A stretch of 10,830 nt of DNA from a virus (taxonomy: Duplodnaviria > Heunggongvirae > Uroviricota > Caudoviricetes), in the IMG/VR virus record IMGVR_UViG_2563366997_000003. One strand, 5' to 3'. Numbering within the stretch: position 1 is the stretch's first letter; each line of letters begins with the position of its first letter. Both the position numbers and the translations under genes were made by a program. Below are positions 1 through 6,589 of this stretch, one piece after another. The notes under the pieces were generated by a model. The model saw nothing but the letters and a program-made list of their open reading frames with translations, was not told the DNA's origin and did not search any database.

Positions 1-1260
1 ATGCCAAAGATTACAGACATGCAGATCCGCGCATGGATAAAGGCCGGAGATAGATTTGAAGGAAGGGCCGATGGCAACGGCCTTTATATTTGCTACCCCA
101 AAAACTACACAGTCCCTTTCTGGCGCTTTCGCTATAAATTCGCAGGTAAGCAGCGAGCAATGGTTATCGGCTCATATGCCGAGCTATCACTATCAAAGGC
201 CAGAGAGACAGCCAAAGAGCTATCGGCTCGCGTTGCGTTGGGCTATGACGTTGCAGGAGAGAAGCAGGAACGGAAAGCCGAAGCACTGGCGAAGATCGAA
301 GCAGAGAAGAATGCCATGCGCGTTTCAGAGCTTGCCGCTGAATACTTTGAGCGTCAGATCCTGCCGCGCTGGAAGCACCCAGATATACTCCGCCGCCGTA
401 TCGACAAAGATATAAACCCCTGCATTGGCAGCATGAAGGTAGAGGATGTGAAGCCGCGCCATATCGACGACATGCTGAAAAGTATTGTTGACCGTGGAGC
501 GCCGACCATAGCAACGGACGTGCTGAGATGGACGCGCCGCATATTCGACTACGGAATCAAACGGCACGCGCTGGAGATTAACCCCTGTTCAGCCTTTGAG
601 GTGGCAGACGCCGGAGGGAAAGAAGTTGCCCGTGACCGCTGGTTAACCCGCGATGAGTTAATCCAGCTATTCAAAGCCATGCGCACGGCTAAGGGATTCA
701 GTCGCCAGAACGAAATCACGTTCAAATTACTGTTAGCGTTATGCGTCCGCAAAATGGAGTTATGCGCCGCCCGCTGGGAGGAGTTCGATTTTGATAAAGC
801 CGTATGGCGCTTGCCAGAGGAACGCAGCAAAAACGGCGACGCTATAGACATCCCATTAGCACCGCCAGCCGTCGAATGGCTGAGAGAGCTTAAAACGTTC
901 TCATGCAACAGCGCATGGGTACTGCCAGCCAGAAAGATGCAAAACCGCATGATCCCCCATATTCAGGAAAGCACCCTGCCCGTAGCACTGGCGAAGGTTC
1001 GCGCTGAAATGCCGGACGTGCCGAACTTCACTATTCACGACTTCCGACGCACCGCACGTACTCATTTAGCAGCGCTGGGCGTTGATCCGGTAGTCGCAGA
1101 AAGATGCCTCAACCACAAAATTAAAGGCGTGGAAGGTATCTATAACCGTCACCAGTATTTTGATGAGCGTAAAGCGGCGCTGGCGCAGTGGTGTGATTTG
1201 CTGGTGGCACTGGAGCGCGGCGAAGAATACAACGTTACACCGCTGAGAAAGGCGAAGTAA
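1..1260 (+). CDS. int: Tyrosine site-specific integrase (P4/CP4-57-type), 419 aa, apparently full length
   Basis: ATG at base 1. C-terminal catalytic region carries the tyrosine-recombinase signature: ...LCVRKMELCAARWEEFDF... (box I Arg), ...HDFRRTARTH... (His-x-x-Arg), ...GIYNRHQYFDE... (candidate catalytic Tyr). Length and N-terminal arm-type region fit P4-family integrases. Sampled 60-nt stretches are over 50% G+C by hand count. Confidence 0.9.
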   Translation: MPKITDMQIRAWIKAGDRFEGRADGNGLYICYPKNYTVPFWRFRYKFAGKQRAMVIGSYAELSLSKARETAKELSARVALGYDVAGEKQERKAEALAKIEAEKNAMRVSELAAEYFERQILPRWKHPDILRRRIDKDINPCIGSMKVEDVKPRHIDDMLKSIVDRGAPTIATDVLRWTRRIFDYGIKRHALEINPCSAFEVADAGGKEVARDRWLTRDELIQLFKAMRTAKGFSRQNEITFKLLLALCVRKMELCAARWEEFDFDKAVWRLPEERSKNGDAIDIPLAPPAVEWLRELKTFSCNSAWVLPARKMQNRMIPHIQESTLPVALAKVRAEMPDVPNFTIHDFRRTARTHLAALGVDPVVAERCLNHKIKGVEGIYNRHQYFDERKAALAQWCDLLVALERGEEYNVTPLRKAK

Positions 1261-1287
1261 CCAAGATATGTAAAGAATCAGAGGACA

Positions 1288-1343
1288 GATTGAGCCTAGC
1301 CCGACGGGGCGAAAAGCGGGAAGCCTTACCGCCTGGCTCAATC
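1288..1343. repeat. 9-bp perfect inverted repeat (GATTGAGCC ... GGCTCAATC) flanking a 38-nt GC-rich spacer, in the int-cargo intergenic region
   Basis: Read directly: gattgagcc at 1288-1296, reverse complement ggctcaatc at 1335-1343. No T-tract follows, so it is not a classic intrinsic terminator. Confidence 0.5.
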
Positions 1344-1375
1344 ACAAAATAAGGCGCAGCGTAAAAGGTGACGCA

Positions 1376-2221
1376 ATGAAAAAACTACCACCAAATCTTT
1401 TTTTCCGACTTAATAGAGCAGCAAATTTATTAGAAATAGAAGTCGATGATCTTCTACTTATGGGAGTATCAGGCTCTATATTTTTGAGCACAATAATTCA
1501 CAAGTATGAAGGCGTACTCCTTCAAGCGGGAAACTTGCCACCAGAACACGGCAGCAAAGACATAGAAAACTTATTATTTGGTTCTATTATTTCTACTAGA
1601 GAAGATACCGAAAGATATCTAAATGAAGGTGTTTTCGATGGTATGAAGTGCTCAGCAAGTGGATTATGGCACGTTCCTAGAGATTTCATTGCTTCCCTTG
1701 CAGGGGTTAAGAGAGTCCCTGACATTCCACTCATATTCTCACCAGCATATATAAAAAAAGAACTAGACATCACATCAGGGCGTTACTTTTTCTACGATTT
1801 TCGCGAATATGATACCACCGTATCGTCTGTGGAAGATTTGTATATATCAAGACCGTGGGTTGAATATATAGCTGAAAGCATGGATAAAAATCAGCCAATA
1901 TCCAGCATACTCCATTTGGGTTCACACGATCTTTATGAAAAGGAATTTAAAAACATAGAGCATGGAAATAGAGCACGACATAGCCTAAACCGTGAGAATA
2001 GCATTATGGCGTTGATTTATGTGAAACGGCACTATCCTGAAGAGTGCAAAGGGAAAAACGGGAAAGAAACCAACGAAGCGTGGGCAAACGCTACGATAGA
2101 CCACTGGCCACATGTGGGTGGCGATTATGATGAACCATCTGCAGATTATTTAAAGAAGATCATATCTGACATGGACAGATTGCCGGAAAAACGTACCACG
2201 GCAGGAAAGAAGAAATCATGA
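1376..2221 (+). CDS. Hypothetical protein, 281 aa, strongly AT-rich cargo gene of unknown function
   Basis: ATG at 1376 preceded by AAAGGTGA (about 5 nt spacing). Uninterrupted 281-codon frame. Sampled 60-nt stretches are about 28-33% G+C by hand count, against over 50% in int. No recognisable catalytic motif, Walker A or HEXXH seen. Confidence 0.7.
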   Translation: MKKLPPNLFFRLNRAANLLEIEVDDLLLMGVSGSIFLSTIIHKYEGVLLQAGNLPPEHGSKDIENLLFGSIISTREDTERYLNEGVFDGMKCSASGLWHVPRDFIASLAGVKRVPDIPLIFSPAYIKKELDITSGRYFFYDFREYDTTVSSVEDLYISRPWVEYIAESMDKNQPISSILHLGSHDLYEKEFKNIEHGNRARHSLNRENSIMALIYVKRHYPEECKGKNGKETNEAWANATIDHWPHVGGDYDEPSADYLKKIISDMDRLPEKRTTAGKKKS

Positions 2222-2290
2222 TAATAAAATTTAGTATCGTGACAATAAAATTTACTGTAATTCACTTTTGAGCATGCACACCATTAAATA

Positions 2291-2329
2291 CCCGTAACGA
2301 AGCAACAACTATCGCTAAGAGGTTACGGG
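2291..2329. repeat. 8-bp inverted repeat (CCCGTAAC ... GTTACGGG) whose 3' arm overlaps the alpA Shine-Dalgarno region
   Basis: cccgtaac at 2291-2298 and gttacggg at 2322-2329 are exact reverse complements, 23-nt spacer. alpA ATG at 2334; GAGG at 2319-2322 lies within the 3' arm. Confidence 0.45.
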
Positions 2330-2333
2330 AATC

Positions 2334-2537
2334 ATGAACATCGACACTATCCCTACAAAAGGCTATATCAGACGCTTTCGCCTGGCTGAATTGCTGGGCG
2401 TTAGTGTATCCACCATCGACCGTAAAGTAAGAAACGGTTCACTACCACGTCCGGTAAAGCTGGGAGAAAAAATAACTGCGTTTGATGCGGCTGATATTCA
2501 CAACTGGCTGGCGGAGCGCCGGGGAAAGGTGGCGTAA
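2334..2537 (+). CDS. alpA: AlpA/Vis-family helix-turn-helix regulator (prophage regulatory / excisionase-like), 67 aa
   Basis: Small protein with the AlpA-family pattern ...RFRLAELLGVSVSTIDRKVRNGSLPRPVKLGEK...WLAERRG (MerR-like HTH). Position directly downstream of int is typical for P4-like elements. Stop TAA 2535-2537 overlaps the next ATG. Confidence 0.85.
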   Translation: MNIDTIPTKGYIRRFRLAELLGVSVSTIDRKVRNGSLPRPVKLGEKITAFDAADIHNWLAERRGKVA

Positions 2538-2968
2538 TGGAAAAGAAAAACCGCCCATTACAGGCGGCTAATTCAGATATTCGCGGTACTGATATTACCC
2601 CGCCCACCAGCCCTGTACAAGTACCTAAGCGTACCCCAAAGAAACACCGCGCCCGCGTCTATATGCTGCGTACTGGTATAGAGGGATGGACAGAAAACGA
2701 TATTCTGCGTTATTGCCGCCTTTCGTCTGGAAGGAACTACGCCAGCGAGTTAGAGCGCAGGCTTGATATTCAGCTTGAGCGTATAGACGAAAAGAACCCC
2801 GACGGGATAGGGTCACATTTACGCTATCGCTTTACCGGGCGCGGTGACGTTCTAAAAGTTATTCGGCTTGTGAACCATAACGCCGACGCTGGCGGCTATC
2901 AGGGACTTTCTCAGCCTGAAATTGCCGACATTCTCAATCTATACCCGGACAATCTCACCGCCGCCTAA
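2537..2968 (+). CDS. Hypothetical protein, 143 aa, basic N-terminal tail (PKRTPKKHRAR)
   Basis: ATG at 2537 overlaps the alpA stop (TAATG), implying translational coupling. Open 143-codon frame. No motif recognised. Confidence 0.65.
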   Translation: MEKKNRPLQAANSDIRGTDITPPTSPVQVPKRTPKKHRARVYMLRTGIEGWTENDILRYCRLSSGRNYASELERRLDIQLERIDEKNPDGIGSHLRYRFTGRGDVLKVIRLVNHNADAGGYQGLSQPEIADILNLYPDNLTAA

Positions 2969-2980
2969 CGGAGACTGAAA

Positions 2981-3814
2981 ATGAACATCGAAAAAAGCAG
3001 ATTAATTTCTGAGGCCGCCCCTCATCTGAACGCCTATCAGGGCACAATTAACGGTAATGAATTTGCCGCAATTGTCCCGGTTATTCCTGGTCATATCGGT
3101 GGGCGTGAAACCAATATTGTTAGCGCAAAAGCGTTACACAAAGCGTTGGGCGTGGGAAAAGACTTCTCTACATGGATCACTGATCGCATCTCTGAATATG
3201 ACTTCACCATTGGGCACGATTACTCAGTCCATAAAACTATTTCCCCAAATTTGGGGAAAAGCCCGAATGGCGCGGCTTACAGCAAGATTAAGCACTCTGG
3301 CAGACCCGGCAAAGACTATCTGTTAAGTGTCGGAATGGCGAAAGAACTGGCAATGATCGAACGCACCGAACAGGGCCGCGCTATCCGCCGTTATTTCATC
3401 CAGTGCGAGGAAGAATTACAGCGTAGCGTGCCTGAAATCGCCGCCCGCTATCGTCGCCAGCTAAAAGCCCGTATCAGTGCCGCAAACAACTTTAAGCCGA
3501 TGTGCGATGCGCTGAATATGGCCCGTGCCGAGATGGGTAAAACGACGCAGCAACACCACTACACAAACGAGAGCAATATGATTTCTCGTATCGTTCTTGG
3601 TGGGCTAACTGCTAAGCAGTGGGCGCGGATAAATGGCTATTCTGGCGAACCTCGCGACCATATGAACGCAGAACAGCTTGAGCACCTCTCATATCTCGAA
3701 AGCACCAATATCACGTTAATTGATATGGGCATGGAATATGAGCAGCGCAAAGGAGAACTCACCCGCCTGTCGCAACGCTGGCTCGCTAAACGTCTGGAGG
3801 TAAACCATGCGTAA
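2981..3814 (+). CDS. AntA/AntB-type phage antirepressor-like protein, 277 aa
   Basis: GGAG at 2970-2973, 7 nt before ATG 2981. N-terminal half matches the AntA-domain pattern as I recall it: ...SAKALHKALGVGKDFSTWITDRI...DYLLSVGMAKELAMIERTEQGRAIRRYFIQCEEEL... C-terminal half is consistent with an AntB-like extension. Confidence 0.75.
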   Translation: MNIEKSRLISEAAPHLNAYQGTINGNEFAAIVPVIPGHIGGRETNIVSAKALHKALGVGKDFSTWITDRISEYDFTIGHDYSVHKTISPNLGKSPNGAAYSKIKHSGRPGKDYLLSVGMAKELAMIERTEQGRAIRRYFIQCEEELQRSVPEIAARYRRQLKARISAANNFKPMCDALNMARAEMGKTTQQHHYTNESNMISRIVLGGLTAKQWARINGYSGEPRDHMNAEQLEHLSYLESTNITLIDMGMEYEQRKGELTRLSQRWLAKRLEVNHA

Positions 3815-3989
3815 CCATAATCCGATGCCGGGAAGCCGTTACAAGGATTCGCACGGGGCTGTAGTGACCGTACAGCGCGTCGAGCATAACCGAGTGACCT
3901 TTTACCGCGAGGGCTATCAGTCGCCATGTGTTCAGCCTTTGGAGAGATTCGTTAATGAGTTCGTGGAGGTGCGCCGTGATACTGAATGA
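3807..3989 (+). CDS. Small hypothetical protein, 60 aa
   Basis: ATG at 3807 preceded by GGAGG at 3792-3796; overlaps the antirepressor stop (3812-3814), which supports coupled expression. Confidence 0.6.
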   Translation: MRNHNPMPGSRYKDSHGAVVTVQRVEHNRVTFYREGYQSPCVQPLERFVNEFVEVRRDTE

Positions 3990-4469
3990 ACCTGCCGCCC
4001 AGAAAGAAGCCTTTAATCTGGCTAACCTGTTAACAAATGTTAACCCTTACAACCTTATAAAACCAAAGGTCGCGAACGGCTGTCTGTTATCAATTGTTAT
4101 GGTTAATGACTTAGCAAAACTTAGCCTGAACCTCACAAAACCTGACATCCACGCACGGGGAATGACGACAAATGATGACATTTTAAACCAAGAAATAATC
4201 ACCTCTAAAAAGCTGATTGTGGGGAATAAATTCCCCCTGCTGGCTGGTGGTATGAACTGGATTGCTACCGTTGTGAACCGTTCCACATCGACTTTCGCGA
4301 CAAATACGCGTGCGCTGGAAGATTTATTAGGGGTCGTTACGCGAGAAGGTGAGTATTCGGAGTCCATAAAAAAGGGCTTGCCGACTATCGCCAACACGGT
4401 TTATGGTTATAGCGCACCAGCAAAATCTGGCGCCGGGCGTGGAAACCCGAACACACTAAGGGCGACACA

Positions 4470-4491
4470 GACGCCGAAAGCGTCTTTTTTT
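4470..4491 (+). terminator. Terminator-like hairpin: 5-bp GC-rich stem (GACGC/GCGTC), 5-nt loop, followed by a 7-T run
   Basis: Read directly: G4470-C4474 pairs with G4480-C4484, loop CGAAA, then T run 4485-4491. Lies inside the leader upstream of the Icd-like gene. Confidence 0.45.
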
Positions 4492-4680
4492 GTGTCCGAT
4501 CACTACGCACATCAAATCAGCGGCCTCGTCCGTACTGTATCTATGGTGGCGTTAGTGGGGCTACGTTCGCGTAGGCCGGTTTCCTTTGTGTCCGGTATTT
4601 CCACCCCTGCTAACGTCACCGCCATTTCAGAGCGTGGAAACTCAGGCGGTGACTCCTTAAACACAAAGGAGGCTGCCATA

Positions 4681-4872
4681 ATGGCTACTACCCCTACCCA
4701 AAAACCATCATTTATCTGGTTAATCGCAGCAGTTCGCCGCGATATGCCGACAATTACCGCCAAAATTCACCATATCGCCGCAGAGACTGAGCAGGAAGCC
4801 CGCCGCATTCTGGCGCGGGATCACGTTTGCTTTTTTGCCGGACGTATTCGCACAGGGGGCGCACATGCTTAA
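4681..4872 (+). CDS. Icd-like small protein (host cell division inhibitor Icd-like family), 63 aa
   Basis: Strong SD AAGGAGG at 4666-4672, 8 nt before ATG 4681. Sequence MATTPTQKPSFIWLIAAVRRDMPT...EARRILARD...FFAGRI matches my recollection of Icd-like proteins in P4-like islands. The ORF track merges this into a 314-aa GTG-initiated frame (3928-4872); I regard the standalone start as more likely but cannot exclude the longer form. Confidence 0.55.
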   Translation: MATTPTQKPSFIWLIAAVRRDMPTITAKIHHIAAETEQEARRILARDHVCFFAGRIRTGGAHA

Positions 4873-5044
4873 TTACTTCCGTGTTGCAGGATGCGCCACC
4901 GCCCGGAGCGGCGAATTAGTCGAGTTCGTTTATATCGTTGACGCCCGCAGCGCGATCAGCGCCAAAGCTGAGGCGCTAAATCAGGCCAGAAATGAACGCC
5001 TTTCCCACATCCAGATTACCCGCGTTCGTGAGGTGGCGGCATGA
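4865..5044 (+). CDS. Small hypothetical protein, 59 aa (first ATG of the track ORF 4835-5044, which begins at TTG)
   Basis: ATG at 4865 preceded by GGGGG at 4853-4857. Overlaps the Icd-like stop (4870-4872). Stop overlaps the next ATG (ATGA at 5041-5044). Confidence 0.5.
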   Translation: MLNYFRVAGCATARSGELVEFVYIVDARSAISAKAEALNQARNERLSHIQITRVREVAA

Positions 5045-5355
5045 GCATGTATGACGATTTAGTGTCCTGCAAATTTGATGGTTGTACACCTGATGATCTG
5101 AACGGAATTGAGAGCTGCGCCAGTGATGCCGTGGATGATTTAATGCTGGGCGTAAGTGCCATTGGTAGCCTCATGTTCTGGGCGGCTGGTAGCGATGGCT
5201 ACCCGGAGGAAAGCGCTAAGGCTGATATGTACAGATTAGGCGCAATGCTGGGACATATCGGAGAAGTTGCGCGGGCGCTGAACGATAGCGCTGCAAACGC
5301 CGCATTCTTGCGCTCAATCAGTGAAAAAGAAGCCAAAGGGAGGGCGGGCAAATGA
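5041..5355 (+). CDS. Hypothetical protein, 104 aa, acidic
   Basis: ATG 5041 with GAGGTGG upstream. ATGA overlap with the preceding and following genes. GC-rich, same composition as the primase operon. Confidence 0.65.
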   Translation: MSMYDDLVSCKFDGCTPDDLNGIESCASDAVDDLMLGVSAIGSLMFWAAGSDGYPEESAKADMYRLGAMLGHIGEVARALNDSAANAAFLRSISEKEAKGRAGK

Positions 5356-5615
5356 ACATAACTACCATCTATCGCCACCCGGCAGAGCTGGAAGCCGAAG
5401 CGATGTTATCCCGCGAGCAGGCTTACCCGGATGATTTTACGCTGGCAGACCGAACGGCAGAACGCATGACCCGCGCCCGCAATGGGCTGGCTCACGTTAT
5501 GACCGAATTAGCCCCGCACATGGACGCAGAGCAAACAGCAGCCGTCCAGTGCTGGCTGATGAAGGTTTTGGCTATTGTCGATGCCACCCTGATTGATGCG
5601 GAGGGCAGCGCATGA
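5352..5615 (+). CDS. Hypothetical protein, 87 aa
   Basis: ATG 5352 preceded by AGGGAGG. ATGA overlaps at both ends. Confidence 0.65.
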   Translation: MNITTIYRHPAELEAEAMLSREQAYPDDFTLADRTAERMTRARNGLAHVMTELAPHMDAEQTAAVQCWLMKVLAIVDATLIDAEGSA

Positions 5616-6238
5616 GCAACGCACCGACCATTAAATCGGGAAATGCCGACTTATTACACGCCGAAGCCACACCGCACGGCGTCAATATCATGACCCGCAA
5701 TGATGCCGGGGGATATGAGCAGGTTGCTCTTATCAGCTACGAGAGCGCCGTGAACGGCCTTGACGCCGGAGAGTACGACGATAAGCCAGATATCGGATAC
5801 GCCATTCATTTTGCCGTTGCTGATGGCGGGGCGCGTGGCTGGTTCGACTTCACCGCGCAGCATAACGTCACTATGTGGCGCTGGCTGATTGCTGCGACGT
5901 TCATTTCTGAGATGAAGCGCGAAAACGGCACAACCACGGTAACTGAGTCTGACGGCACTTCATCGCAGGTGGCGATTTACTCCAATGGCACGGCGGGGAT
6001 TGTGGTTTACCCGTTCGCGGAACGTCTGGCGATGGCTAACAACATGGAGGGCGCAATGGTTGAGCGCTACGGCATTGAGCAGGGAACAGCGAACGCCATT
6101 GTTTTTTATCAGGCCATGATCGACACGGAGCGCGGCGAGTTGACCCCGTTCGGGCGTGAAACGCTTGCTGAACTTCACAACAGCTTTATAGCTGAACTGG
6201 ATGAAAACGGCTGGCCTGAAATGCCGCTGGCGCACTGA
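5612..6238 (+). CDS. Hypothetical protein, 208 aa
   Basis: ATG 5612 preceded by GGAGGG; overlaps the upstream stop. Open 208-codon frame with protein-like composition. Confidence 0.7.
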   Translation: MSNAPTIKSGNADLLHAEATPHGVNIMTRNDAGGYEQVALISYESAVNGLDAGEYDDKPDIGYAIHFAVADGGARGWFDFTAQHNVTMWRWLIAATFISEMKRENGTTTVTESDGTSSQVAIYSNGTAGIVVYPFAERLAMANNMEGAMVERYGIEQGTANAIVFYQAMIDTERGELTPFGRETLAELHNSFIAELDENGWPEMPLAH

Positions 6239-6247
6239 GGGGGCGAC

Positions 6248-6589
6248 ATGATTACTAAAAATTTCCGACTTAATGCGCTGGCGAATAAGTATGCGTCGGC
6301 ACTGTATAACCACATTACGGCTATCAATGGTGGCAATTACTTCATGGTTGACGCGGCAGGCCAGCAAATCCGTGTGGAAATCGTCAATGGAGTAAAAGGC
6401 GTTCGCAGCCTGATCGATAGCTACACACTGGCAGCCATGAAAGTGTCCTACCCGCAGTGGGAAACCGTGGGGATCGAGATTCTTGATCGTTGCGTCACTA
6501 ATGACGGATTGACTGACGTAGGGCGTGAGATATGGCAAAGCATGGTTAAAGACATGGGCGCGACCGTGGCAGGGGGCAACCATGCGTAA
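6248..6589 (+). CDS. Hypothetical protein, 113 aa
   Basis: ATG 6248 preceded by GAGGGGG. Stop TAA 6587-6589 overlaps the primase ATG at 6582. Confidence 0.65.
   Translation: MITKNFRLNALANKYASALYNHITAINGGNYFMVDAAGQQIRVEIVNGVKGVRSLIDSYTLAAMKVSYPQWETVGIEILDRCVTNDGLTDVGREIWQSMVKDMGATVAGGNHA

Noticed and set aside
164..950. Minus-strand ORFs 164-514, 325-567, 354-542, 549-950, and the + strand alternative frame 56-415
   Set aside because: All lie inside the well-supported integrase gene; their compositions are R/S/C/A-rich and they lack Shine-Dalgarno sequences. They are antisense or off-frame shadows.
1066..1773. Minus-strand ORFs 1066-1341 and 1522-1773
   Set aside because: They overlap the int 3' end and the AT-rich cargo gene on the opposite strand; no start context. 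The + strand genes explain the open frames.
2401..3927. ORFs 2401-2607(-), 2625-2816(-), 3057-3326(+), 3637-3927(-)
   Set aside because: Embedded in the alpA / 143-aa / antirepressor genes in other frames or on the opposite strand; judged to be shadows.
4047..4763. Minus-strand ORFs 4047-4397 and 4512-4763
   Set aside because: No SD or promoter context, opposite to the otherwise uniform + strand organisation; likely chance or shadow frames of the leader region.
3928..4872. Track ORF of 314 aa as a single GTG-initiated protein
   Set aside because: Not accepted as called: there is no credible start at 3928, a terminator-like hairpin lies inside it, and the last 63 codons have their own strong SD. 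Kept as an open question in the findings rather than a feature.
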